NCBI GenBank assembly: GCA_964057225.1
Contig: CAXKVF010000081.1
Location: forward strand, 310,001 to 374,000
Reading direction: 5' to 3'
Length of the DNA: 64,000 nt
DNA from: Auanema rhodensis
Lineage: Eukaryota > Animalia > Nematoda
The notes below the pieces were generated by a model. The model saw only the letters and a program-made list of their open reading frames with translations, had not been told where the DNA came from and made no database searches. The position numbers and the translations under genes are program-made. Position 1 is the stretch's first letter; each line of letters begins with the position of its first letter. Of the stretch, positions 1 to 12,794 are shown piece by piece.

Positions 1-176
1 TTGAAAACCGCATCTCTTTATCTTTCACGTGAAGCGAGTTACATACCAAGTGCACATCACGTGTACATTTAATTAGCATAAATTAAAGTTCACGTAAATT
101 TCAAAGTCATGGTTACCATGCACCAATATCAATAAAAAATTGTTTTTAGACTAATATGGACATGGGGAATCTAATT
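1..176 (+). repeat. Representative 176-bp monomer, probable centromeric or pericentromeric satellite unit
   Basis: 57/176 GC, A/T tracts and 5 CpG. The length is in the mononucleosome-plus-linker range common to centromeric satellites (established). Centromeric role is inferred only; family not recognised. Confidence 0.65.
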
Positions 177-1760
177 TTGAAAACCGCATCTCTTTATCTT
201 TCACGTGAAGCGAGTTACATACCAAGTGCACATCACGTGTACATTTAATTAGCATAAATTAAAGTTCACGTAAATTTCAAAGTCATGGTTACCATGAACC
301 AATATCAATGAAAATTTGTTTTTAGACTAATATGGACATGGGGAATCAAATTTTGAAAACCGCATCTCTTTATCTTTCACGTGAAGCGAGTTACATACCA
401 AGTGCACATCACGTGTACATTTAATTAGCATAAATTAAAGTTCACGTAAATTTCAAAGTCATGGTTACCATGCACCAATATCAATAAAAATTTGTTTTTA
501 GACTAATATGGACATGGGGAATCTTATTTTGAAAACCGCATCTCTTTATCTTTCACGTGAAGCGAGTTACATACCAAGTGCACATCACGTGTACATTTAA
601 TTAGCATAAATTAAAGTTCACGTAAATTTCAAAGTCATGGTTACCATGCACCAATATCAATAAAAATTTGTTTTTAGACTAATATGCACATGGGGAATCT
701 AATTTTGAAAACCGCATCTCTTTATCTTTCACGTGAAGCGAGTTACATACCAAGTGCACATCACGTGTACATTTAATTAGCATAAATTAAAGTTCACGTA
801 AATTTCAAAGTCATGGTTACCATGAACCAATATCAATGAAAATTTGTTTTTAGACTAATATGGACATGAGGAATCTAATTTTGAAAACCGCATCTCTTTA
901 TCTTTCACGTGAAGCGAGTTACATACCAAGTGCACATCACGTGTACATTTAATAAGCATAAATTAAAGTTCACGTAAATTTCAAAGTCATGGTTACCATG
1001 CACCAATATCAATAAAAATTTGTTTTTAGACTAATATGGACATGGGGAATCTCATTTTGAAAACCGCATCTCTTTATCTTTCACGTGTAGCGAGTTACAT
1101 ACCAAGTGCACATCACGTGTACATTTAATTAGCATAAATTAAAGTTCACGTAAATTTCAAAGTCATGGTTACCATGAACCAATATCAATGAAAATTTGTT
1201 TTTAGGCTAATATGGACATGGGGAATCAAATTTTGAAAACCGCATCTCTTTATCTTTCACGTGAAGCGAGTTACATACCAAGTGCACATCACGTGTACAT
1301 TTAATTAGCATAAATTAAAGTTCACGTAAATTTCAAAGTCATGGTTACCATGCACCAATATCAATAAAAATTTGTTTTTAGACTAATATGGACATGGGGA
1401 ATCTTATTTTGAAAACCGCATCTCTTTATCTTTCACGTGAAGCGAGTTACATACCAAGTGCACATCACGTGTACATTTAATTAGCATAAATTAAAGTTCA
1501 CGTAAATTTCAAAGTCATGGTTACCATGCACCAATATCAATAAAAATTTGTTTTTAGACTAATATGCACATGGGGAATCTAATTTTGAAAACCGCATCTC
1601 TTTATCTTTCACGTGAAGCGAGTTACATACCAAGTGCACATCACGTGTACATTTAATTAGCATAAATTAAAGTTCACGTAAATTTCAAAGTCATGGTTAC
1701 CATGCACCAATATCAATAAAAATTTGTTTTTAGACTAATATGGACATGAGGAATCTAATT

Positions 1761-1976
1761 TTGAAAACCGCATCTCTTTATCTTTCACGTGAAGCGAGTT
1801 ACATACCAAGTTTCTCTTTATCTTTCACGTGAAGCGAGTTACATACCAAGTGCACATCACGTGTACATTTAATTAGCATAAATTAAAGTTCACGTAAATT
1901 TCAAAGTCATGGTTACCATGCACCAATATCAATAAAAATTTGTTTTTAGACTAATATGGACATGAGGAATCTAATT
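1761..1976 (+). repeat. 216-bp monomer with internal 40-bp duplication
   Basis: Positions 13-51 appear twice (1773-1811 and 1813-1851), separated by one extra T at 1812. Confidence 0.95.
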
Positions 1977-3676
1977 TTGAAAACCGCATCTCTTTGTGCA
2001 CATCACGTGTACATTTAATTAGCATAAATTAAAGTTCACGTAAATTTCAAAGTCATGGTTACCATGAACCAATATCAATGAAAATTTGTTTTTAGGCTAA
2101 TATGGACATGGGGAATCAAATTTTGAAAACCGCATCTCTTTATCTTTCACGTGAAGCGAGTTACATACCAAGTGCACATCACGTGTACATTTAATTAGCA
2201 TAAATTAAAGTTCACGTAAATTTCAAAGTCATGGTTACCATGCACCAATATCAATAAAAATTTGTTTTTAGACTAATATGGACATGGGGAATCTTATTTT
2301 GAAAACCGCATCTCTTTATCTTTCACGTGAAGCGAGTTACATACCAAGTGCACATCACGTGTACATTTAATTAGCATAAATTAAAGTTCACGTAAATTTC
2401 AAAGTCATGGTTACCATGCACCAATATCAATAAAAATTTGTTTTTAGACTAATATGGACATGGGGAATCTTATTTTGAAAACCGCATCTCTTTATCTTTC
2501 ACGTGAAGCGAGTTACATACCAAGTGCACATCACGTGTACATTTAATTAGCATAAATTAAAGTTCACGTAAATTTCAAAGTCATGGTTACCATGCACCAA
2601 TATCAATAAAAATTTGTTTTTAGACTAATATGCACATGGGGAATCTAATTTTGAAAACCGCATCTCTTTATCTTTCACGTGAAGCGAGTTACATACCAAG
2701 TGCACATCACGTGTACATTTAATTAGCATAAATTAAAGTTCACGTAAATTTCAAAGTCATGGTTACCATGCACCAATATCAATAAAAATTTGTTTTTAGA
2801 CTAATATGGACATGAGGAATCTAATTTTGAAAACCGCATCTCTTTGTGCACATCACGTGTACATTTAATTAGCATAAATTAAAGTTCACGTAAATTTCAA
2901 AGTCATGGTTACCATGAACCAATATCAATGAAAATTTGTTTTTAGGCTAATATGGACATGGGGAATCAAATTTTGAAAACCGCATCTCTTTATCTTTCAC
3001 GTGAAGCGAGTTACATACCAAGTGCACATCACGTGTACATTTAATTAGCATAAATTAAAGTTCACGTAAATTTCAAAGTCATGGTTACCATGCACCAATA
3101 TCAATAAAAATTTGTTTTTAGACTAATATGGACATGGGGAATCTTATTTTGAAAACCGCATCTCTTTATCTTTCACGTGAAGCGAGTTACATACCAAGTG
3201 CACATCACGTGTACATTTAATTAGCATAAATTAAAGTTCACGTAAATTTCAAAGTCATGGTTACCATGCACCAATATCAATAAAAATTTGTTTTTAGACT
3301 AATATGGACATGGGGAATCTTATTTTGAAAACCGCATCTCTTTATCTTTCACGTGAAGCGAGTTACATACCAAGTGCACATCACGTGTACATTTAATTAG
3401 CATAAATTAAAGTTCACGTAAATTTCAAAGTCATGGTTACCATGCACCAATATCAATAAAAATTTGTTTTTAGACTAATATGCACATGGGGAATCTAATT
3501 TTGAAAACCGCATCTCTTTATCTTTCACGTGAAGCGAGTTACATACCAAGTGCACATCACGTGTACATTTAATTAGCATAAATTAAAGTTCACGTAAATT
3601 TCAAAGTCATGGTTACCATGCACCAATATCAATAAAAATTTGTTTTTAGACTAATATGGACATGAGGAATCTAATT
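1977..3676 (+). repeat. Two tandem copies of an 850-bp 5-monomer higher-order repeat, each beginning with a 146-bp monomer lacking positions 20-49
   Basis: The junction TCTCTTT|GTGCAC occurs at 1995/1996 and 2845/2846. The same variant order (GGCTAA+CAAA, CTTA, CTTA, TGCAC, GAGG) follows both. Confidence 0.93.
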
Positions 3677-6600
3677 TTGAAAACCGCATCTCTTTATCTT
3701 TCACGTGAAGCGAGTTACATACCAAGTGCACATCACGTGTACATTTAATAAGCATAAATTAAAGTTCACGTAAATTTCAAAGTCATGGTTACCATGCACC
3801 AATATCAATAAAAATTTGTTTTTAGACTAATATGGACATGGGGAATCTCATTTTGAAAACCGCATCTCTTTATCTTTCACGTGTAGCGAGTTACATACCA
3901 AGTGCACATCACGTGTACATTTAATTAGCATAAATTAAAGTTCACGTAAATTTCAAAGTCATGGTTACCATGAACCAATATCAATGAAAATTTGTTTTTA
4001 GACTAATATGGACATGGGGAATCAAATTTTGAAAACCGCATCTCTTTATCTTTCACGTGAAGCGAGTTACATACCAAGTGCACATCACGTGTACATTTAA
4101 TTAGCATAAATTAAAGTTCACGTAAATTTCAAAGTCATGGTTACCATGCACCAATATCAATAAAAAATTGTTTTTAGACTAATATGGACATGGGGAATCT
4201 AATTTTGAAAACCGCATCTCTTTATCTTTCACGTGAAGCGAGTTACATAACAAGTGCACATCACGTGTACATTTAATTAGCATAAATTAAAGTTCACGTA
4301 AATTTCAAAGTCATGGTTACCATGAACCAATATCAATGAAAATTTGTTTTTAGGCTAATATGGACATGGGGAATCAAATTTTGAAAACCGCATCTCTTTA
4401 TCTTTCACGTGAAGCGAGTTACATAACAAGTGCACATCACGTGTACATTTAATTAGCATAAATTAAAGTTCACGTAAAGTTCAAAGTCATGGTTACCATG
4501 CACCAATATCAATAAAAAATTGTTTTTAGACTAATATGGACATGGGGAATCTTATTTTGAAAACCGCATCTCTTTATCTTTCACGTGAAGCGAGTTACAT
4601 ACCAAGTGCACATCACGTGTACATTTAATTAGCATAAATTAAAGTTCACGTAAATTTCAAAGTCATGGTTACCATGCACCAATATCATAAAAAAATTGTT
4701 TTTAGACTAATATGGACATGGGGAATCTAATTTTGAAAACCGCATCTCTTTATCTTTCACGTGAAGCGAGTTACATACCAAGTGCACATCACGTGTACAT
4801 TTAATTAGCATAAATTAAAGTTCACGTAAATTTCAAAGTCATGGTTACCATGCACCAATATCAATAAAAATTTGTTTTTAGACTAATATGGACATGGGGA
4901 ATCTTATTTTGAAAACCGCATATCTTTATCTTTCACGTGAAGCGAGTTACATACCAAGTGCACATCACGTGTACATTTAATTAGCATAAATTAAAGTTCA
5001 CGTAAACTTCAAAGTCATGGTTACCATGCACCAATATCAATAAAAATTTGTTTTTAGACTAATATGGACATGGGGAATCTTATTTTGAAAACCGCATCTC
5101 TTTATCTTTCACGTGAAGCGAGTTACATACCAAGTGCACATCACGTGTACATTTAATTAGCATAAATTAAAGTTCACGTAAATTTCAAAGTCATGGTTAC
5201 CATGCACCAATATCAATAAAAAATTGTTTTTAGACTAATATGGACATGGGGAATCTAATTTTGAAAACCGCATCTCTTTATCTTTCACGTGAAGCGAGTT
5301 ACATACCAAGTGCACATCACGTGTACATTTAATTAGCATAAATTAAAGTTCACGTTAATTTCAAAGTCATGGTTACCATGAACCAATATCAATGAAAATT
5401 TGTTTTTAGACTAATATGGACATGGGGAATCTTATTTTGAAAACCGCATCTCTTTATCTTTCACGTGAAGCGAGTTACATACCAAGTGCACATCACGTGT
5501 ACATTTAATTAGCATAAATTAAAGTTCACGTAAATTTCAAAGTCATGGTTACCATGCACCAATATCAATAAAAATTTGTTTTTAGACTATTATGGAGATG
5601 AGGAATCTAATTTTGAAAACCGCATCTCTTTATCTTTCACGTGAAGCGAGTTACATACCAAGTGCACATCACGTGTACATTTAATTAGCATAAATTAAAG
5701 TTCACGTAAATTTCAAAGTCATGGTTACCATGAACCAATATCAATGAAAATTTGTTTTTAGACTAATATGGACATGAAGAATCTAATTTTGAAAACCGCA
5801 TCTCTTTATCTTTCACGTGAAGCGAGTTACATACCAAGTGCACATCACGTGTACATTTAATTAGCATAAATTAAAGTTCACGTAAACTTCAAAGTCATGG
5901 TTACCATGCACCAATATCAATAAAAATTTGTTTTTAGACTAATATGGACATGGGGAATCTTATTTTGAAAACCGCATCTCTTTATCTTTCACGTGAAGCG
6001 AGTTACATACCAAGTGCACATCACGTGTACATTTAATTAGCATAAATTAAAGTTCACGTAAATTTCAAAGTCATGGTTACCATGCACCAATATCAATAAA
6101 AATTTGTTTTTAGACTAATATGGACATGGGAAATCTAATTTTGAAAACCGCATCTCTTTATCTTTCACGTGAAGCGAGTTACATACCAAGTGCACATCAC
6201 GTGTACATTTAATTAGCATAAATTAAAGTTCACGTAAATTTCAAAGTCATGGTTACCATGCACCAATATCAATAAAAATTTGTTTTTAGACTATTATGGA
6301 GATGAGGAATCTAATTTTGAAAACCGCATCTCTTTATCTTTCACGTGAAGCGAGTTACATACCAAGTGCACATCACGTGTACATTTAATTAGCATAAATT
6401 AAAGTTCACGTAAATTTCAAAGTCATGGTTACCATGCACCAATATCAATAAAAAATTGTTTTTAGACTAATATGGACATGGGGAATCTAATTTTGAAAAC
6501 CGCATCTCTTTATCTTTCACGTGAAGCGAGTTACATAACAAGTGCACATCACGTGTACATTTAATTAGCATAAATTAAAGTTCACGTAAATTTCAAAGTC

Positions 6601-9131
6601 ATGGTTACCATGAACCAATATCAATGAAAATTTGTTTTTAGGCTAATATGGACATGGGGAATCAAATTTTGAAAACCGCATCTCTTTATCTTTCACGTGA
6701 AGCGAGTTACATAACAAGTGCACATCACGTGTACATTTAATTAGCATAAATTAAAGTTCACGTAAATTTCAAAGTCATGGTTACCATGAACCAATATCAA
6801 TGAAAATTTGTTTTTAGACTAATATGGACATGAAGAATCTAATTTTGAAAACCGCATCTCTTTATCTTTCACGTGAAGCGAGTTACATACCAAGTGCACA
6901 TCACGTGTACATTTAATTAGCATAAATTAAAGTTCACGTAAACTTCAAAGTCATGGTTACCATGCACCAATATCAATAAAAATTTGTTTTTAGACTAATA
7001 TGGACATGGGGAATCTTATTTTGAAAACCGCATCTCTTTATCTTTCACGTGAAGCGAGTTACATACCAAGTGCACATCACGTGTACATTTAATTAGCATA
7101 AATTAAAGTTCACGTAAATTTCAAAGTCATGGTTACCATGCACCAATATCAATAAAAAATTGTTTTTAGACTAATATGGACATGGGGAATCTAATTTTGA
7201 AAACCGCATCTCTTTATCTTTCACGTGAAGCGAGTTACATACCAAGTGCACATCACGTGTACATTTAATTAGCATAAATTAAAGTTCACGTTAATTTCAA
7301 AGTCATGGTTACCATGAACCAATATCAATGAAAATTTGTTTTTAGACTAATATGGACATGGGGAATCTTATTTTGAAAACCGCATATCTTTATCTTTCAC
7401 GTGAAGCGAGTTACATACCAAGTGCACATCACGTGTACATTTAATTAGCATAAATTAAAGTTCACGTAAACTTCAAAGTCATGGTTACCATGCACCAATA
7501 TCAATAAAAAATTGTTTTTAGACTAATATGGACATGGGGAATCTAATTTTGAAAACCGCATCTCTTTATCTTTCACGTGAAGCGAGTTACATACCAAGTG
7601 CACATCACGTGTACATTTAATTAGCATAAATTAAAGTTCACGTAAATTTCAAAGTCATGGTTACCATGAACCAATATCAATGAAAATTTGTTTTTAGACT
7701 AATATGGACATGAAGAATCTAATTTTGAAAACCGCATCTCTTTATCTTTCACGTGAAGCGAGTTACATACCAAGTGCACATCACGTGTACATTTAATTAG
7801 CATAAATTAAAGTTCACGTAAATTTCAAAGTCATGGTTACCATGCACCAATATCAATAAAAATTTGTTTTTAGACTAATATGGACATGACGAATCTAATT
7901 TTGAAAACCGCATCTCTTTATCTTTCACGTGAAGCGAGTTACATACCAAGTGCACATCACGTGTACATTTAATTAGCATAAATTAAAGTTCACGTAAATT
8001 TCAAAGTCATGGTTACCATGCACCAATATCAATAAATATTTGTTTTTAGACTAATATGGACATGGGGAATCTAATTTTGAAAACCGCATCTCTTTATCTT
8101 TCACGTGAAGCGAGTTACATACCAAGTGCACATCACGTGTACATTTAATTAGCATAAATTAAAGTTCACGTAAATTTCAAAGTCATGGTTACCATGAACC
8201 AATATCAATAAAAATTTGTTTTTAGACTAATATGGACATGGGGAATCTAATTTTGAAAACCGCATCTCTTTATCTTTCACGTGAAGCGAGTTACATACCA
8301 AGTGCACATCACGTGTACATTTAATTAGCATAAATTAAAGTTCACGTAAATTTCAAAGACATGGTTACCATGAACCAATATCAATGAAAATTTGTTTTTA
8401 GACTAATATGGACATGGGGAATCTAATTTTGAAAACCGCATCTCTTTATCTTTCACGTGAAGCGAGTTACATACCAAGTGCACATCACGTGTACATTTAA
8501 TTAGCATAAATTAAAGTTCACGTAAATTTCAAAGTCATGGTTACCATGCACCAATATCAATAAAAAATTGTTTTTAGACTAATATGGACATGGGGAATCT
8601 AATTTTGAAAACCGCATCTCTTTATCTTTCACGTGAAGCGAGTTACATACCAAGTGCACATCACGTGTACATTTAATTAGCATAAATTAAAGTTCACGTT
8701 AATTTCAAAGTCATGGTTACCATGAACCAATATCAATGAAAATTTGTTTTTAGACTAATATGGACATGGGGAATCTTATTTTGAAAACCGCATCTCTTTA
8801 TCTTTCACGTGAAGCGAGTTACATACCAAGTGCACATCACGTGTACATTTAATTAGCATAAATTAAAGTTCACGTAAATTTCAAAGTCATGGTTACCATG
8901 CACCAATATCAATAAAAATTTGTTTTAGACTAATATGGACATGGGGAATCTTATTTTGAAAACCGCATCTCTTTATCTTTCACGTGAAGCGAGTTACATA
9001 CCAAGTGCACATCACGTGTACATTTAATTAGCATAAATTAAAGTTCACGTAAATTTCAAAGTCATGGTTACCATGCACCAATATCAATAAAAAATTGTTT
9101 TTAGACTAATATGGACATGGGGAATCTAATT

Positions 9132-9275
9132 TTGAAAACCGCATCTCTTTATCTTTCACGTGAAGCATTTAATTAGCATAAATTAAAGTTCACGTAAATT
9201 TCAAAGTCATGGTTACCATGCACCAATATCAATAAAAATTTGTTTTAGACTAATATGGACATGGGGAATCTTATT
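9132..9275 (+). repeat. 144-bp monomer lacking positions 36-66 and one T
   Basis: GTGAAG-C-ATTTAATTAG at 9166 with 1-bp microhomology (C); TGTTTTAG (4 T) at 9241-9248. Confidence 0.94.
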
Positions 9276-12200
9276 TTGAAAACCGCATCTCTTTATCTTT
9301 CACGTGAAGCGAGTTACATAACAAGTGCACATCACGTGTACATTTAATTAGCATAAATTAAAGTTCACGTAAATTTCAAAGTCATGGTTACCATGCACCA
9401 ATATCAATAAAAAATTGTTTTTAGACTAATATGGACATGGGGAATCTAATTTTGAAAACCGCATCTCTTTATCTTTCACGTGAAGCGAGTTACATACCAA
9501 GTGCACATCACGTGTACATTTAATTAGCATAAATTAAAGTTCACGTAAATTTCAAAGTCATGGTTACCATGAACCAATATCAATGAAAATTTGTTTTTAG
9601 GCTAATATGGACATGGGGAATCAAATTTTGAAAACCGCATCTCTTTATCTTTCACGTGAAGCGAGTTACATAACAAGTGCACATCACGTGTACATTTAAT
9701 TAGCATAAATTAAAGTTCACGTAAATTTCAAAGTCATGGTCACCATGCACCAATATCCATAAAAAATTGTTTTTAGACTAATATGGACATGGGGAATCTA
9801 ATTTTGAAAACCGCATCTCTTTATCTTTCACGTGAAGCGAGTTACATACCAAGTGCACATCACGTGTACATTTAATTAGCATAAATTAAAGTTCACGTAA
9901 ATTTCAAAGTCATGGTTACCATGCACCAATATCAATAAAAATTTGTTTTTAGACTAATATGGACATGGGGAATCTTATTTTGAAAACCGCATCTCTTTAT
10001 CTTTCACGTGAAGCGAGTTACATACCAAGTGCACATCACGTGTACATTTAATTAGCATAAATTAAAGTTCACGTAAATTTCAAAGTCATGGTTACCATGC
10101 ACCAATATCAATAAAAATTTGTTTTTAGACTAATATGGACATGGGAAATCTAATTTTGAAAACCGCATCTCTTTATCTTTCACGTGAAGCGAGTTACATA
10201 CCAAGTGCACATCACGTGTACATTTAATTAGCATAAATTAAAGTTCACGTAAATTTCAAAGTCATGGTTACCATGCACCAATATCAATAAAAATTTGTTT
10301 TTAGACTATTATGGAGATGAGGAATCTAATTTTGAAAACCGCATCTCTTTATCTTTCACGTGAAGCGAGTTACATACCAAGTGCACATCACGTGTACATT
10401 TAATTAGCATAAATTAAAGTTCACGTAAATTTCAAAGTCATGGTTACCATGCACCAATATCAATAAAAATTTGTTTTTAGACTAATATGGACATGGGAAA
10501 TCTAATTTTGAAAACCGCATCTCTTTATCTTTCACGTGAAGCGAGTTACATACCAAGTGCACATCACGTGTACATTTAATTAGCATAAATTAAAGTTCAC
10601 GTAAATTTCAAAGTCATGGTTACCATGCACCAATATCAATAAAAATTTGTTTTTAGACTATTATGGAGATGAGGAATCTAATTTTGAAAACCGCATCTCT
10701 TTATCTTTCACGTGAAGCGAGTTACATACCAAGTGCACATCACGTGTACATTTAATTAGCATAAATTAAAGTTCACGTAAATTTCAAAGTCATGGTTACC
10801 ATGAACCAATATCAATGAAAATTTGTTTTTAGACTAATATGGACATGAAGAATCTAATTTTGAAAACCGCATCTCTTTATCTTTCACGTGAAGCGAGTTA
10901 CATACCAAGTGCACATCACGTGTACATTTAATTAGCATAAATTAAAGTTCACGTAAATTTCAAAGACATGGTTACCATGAACCAATATCAATGAAAATTT
11001 GTTTTTAGACTAATATGGACATGGGGAATCTAATTTTGAAAACCGCATCTCTTTATCTTTCACGTGAAGCGAGTTACATACCAAGTGCACATCACGTGTA
11101 CATTTAATTAGCATAAATTAAAGTTCACGTAAATTTCAAAGTCATGGTTACCATGCACCAATATCAATAAAAAATTGTTTTTAGACTAATATGGACATGG
11201 GGAATCTAATTTTGAAAACCGCATCTCTTTATCTTTCACGTGAAGCGAGTTACATACCAAGTGCACATCACGTGTACATTTAATTAGCATAAATTAAAGT
11301 TCACGTTAATTTCAAAGTCATGGTTACCATGAACCAATATCAATGAAAATTTGTTTTTAGACTAATATGGACATGGGGAATCTTATTTTGAAAACCGCAT
11401 CTCTTTATCTTCCACGTGAAGCGAGTTACATACCAAGTGCACATCACGTGTACATTTAATTAGCATAAATTAAAGTTCACGTAAATTTCAAAGTCATGGT
11501 TACCATGCACCAATATCAATAAAAAATTGTTTTTAGACTAATATGGACATGGGGAATCTAATTTTGAAAACCGCATCTCTTTATCTTTCACGTGAAGCGA
11601 GTTACATACCAAGTGCACATCACGTGTACATTTAATTAGCATAAATTAAAGTTCACGTAAATTTCAAAGTCATGGTTACCATGCACCAATATCAATAAAA
11701 ATTTGTTTTAGACTAATATGGACATGGGGAATCTTATTTTGAAAACCGCATCTCTTTATCTTTCACGTGAAGCGAGTTACATACCAAGTGCACATCACGT
11801 GTACATTTAATTAGCATAAATTAAAGTTCACGTAAATTTCAAAGTCATGGTTACCATGCACCAATATCAATAAAAAATTGTTTTTAGACTAATATGGACA
11901 TGGGGAATCTAATTTTGAAAACCGCATCTCTTTATCTTTCACGTGAAGCGAGTTACAAACCAAGTGCACATCACGTGTACATTTAATTAGCATAAATTAA
12001 AGTTCACGTAAATTTCAAAGTCATGGTTACCATGAACCAATATCAATGAAAATTTGTTTTTAGGCTAATATGGACATGGGGAATCAAATTTTGAAAACCG
12101 CATCTCTTTATCTTTCACGTGAAGCGAGTTACATAACAAGTGCACATCACGTGTACATTTAATTAGCATAAATTAAAGTTCACGTAAATTTCAAAGTCAT

Positions 12201-12794
12201 GGTCACCATGCACCAATATCCATAAAAAATTGTTTTTAGACTAATATGGACATGGGGAATCTAATTTTGAAAACCGCATCTCTTTATCTTTCACGTGAAG
12301 CGAGTTACATACCAAGTGCACATCACGTGTACATTTAATTAGCATAAATTAAAGTTCACGTAAATTTCAAAGTCATGGTTACCATGCACCAATATCAATA
12401 AAAATTTGTTTTTAGACTAATATGGACATGGGGAATCTTATTTTGAAAACCGCATCTCTTTATCTTTCACGTGAAGCGAGTTACATACCAAGTGCACATC
12501 ACGTGTACATTTAATTAGCATAAATTAAAGTTCACGTAAATTTCAAAGTCATGGTTACCATGCACCAATATCAATAAAAATTTGTTTTTAGACTAATATG
12601 GACATGGGAAATCTAATTTTGAAAACCGCATCTCTTTATCTTTCACGTGAAGCGAGTTACATACCAAGTGCACATCACGTGTACATTTAATTAGCATAAA
12701 TTAAAGTTCACGTAAATTTCAAAGTCATGGTTACCATGCACCAATATCAATAAAAATTTGTTTTTAGACTATTATGGAGATGAGGAATCTAATT
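9167..12794 (+). repeat. Higher-order duplication, 9167-10331 repeated at 11630-12794 (14-monomer offset)
   Basis: Private GGTCACC allele at 9741 and 12204 and 4-T allele at 9243 and 11706; both offsets are 2463 = 14x176-1. Confidence 0.85.

Noticed and set aside
131-136. AATAAA polyadenylation signal and other promoter-like words
   Set aside because: Expected by chance in 68% AT DNA, frequently mutated (AATGAA), and there is no gene context.
56-147. Resemblance to a budding-yeast point centromere: ATCACGTG fits CDEI (RTCACRTG), followed by 77 bp and then TGTTTTT
   Set aside because: The spacer is only about 75% AT, the essential CDEIII CCG core is absent at the expected place, and point centromeres are not tandem arrays.
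1-176. Identity with known 176-178-bp satellites (Arabidopsis CEN178, Brassica CentBr, honeybee AluI)
   Set aside because: Only short words (AAACCGCA, GACTAATATGGAC) recall CEN178 as I remember it, and their spacing differs. The consensus has no HindIII or AluI site. A BLAST or Dfam/Repbase search is needed to name the family.
156-248. Short ORF MDMGNLILKTASLYLSREASYIPSAHHVYI repeated in most monomers
   Set aside because: It is only 30 codons, as expected by chance. 176 is not a multiple of 3, stop codons are frequent, and I recognise no homology.
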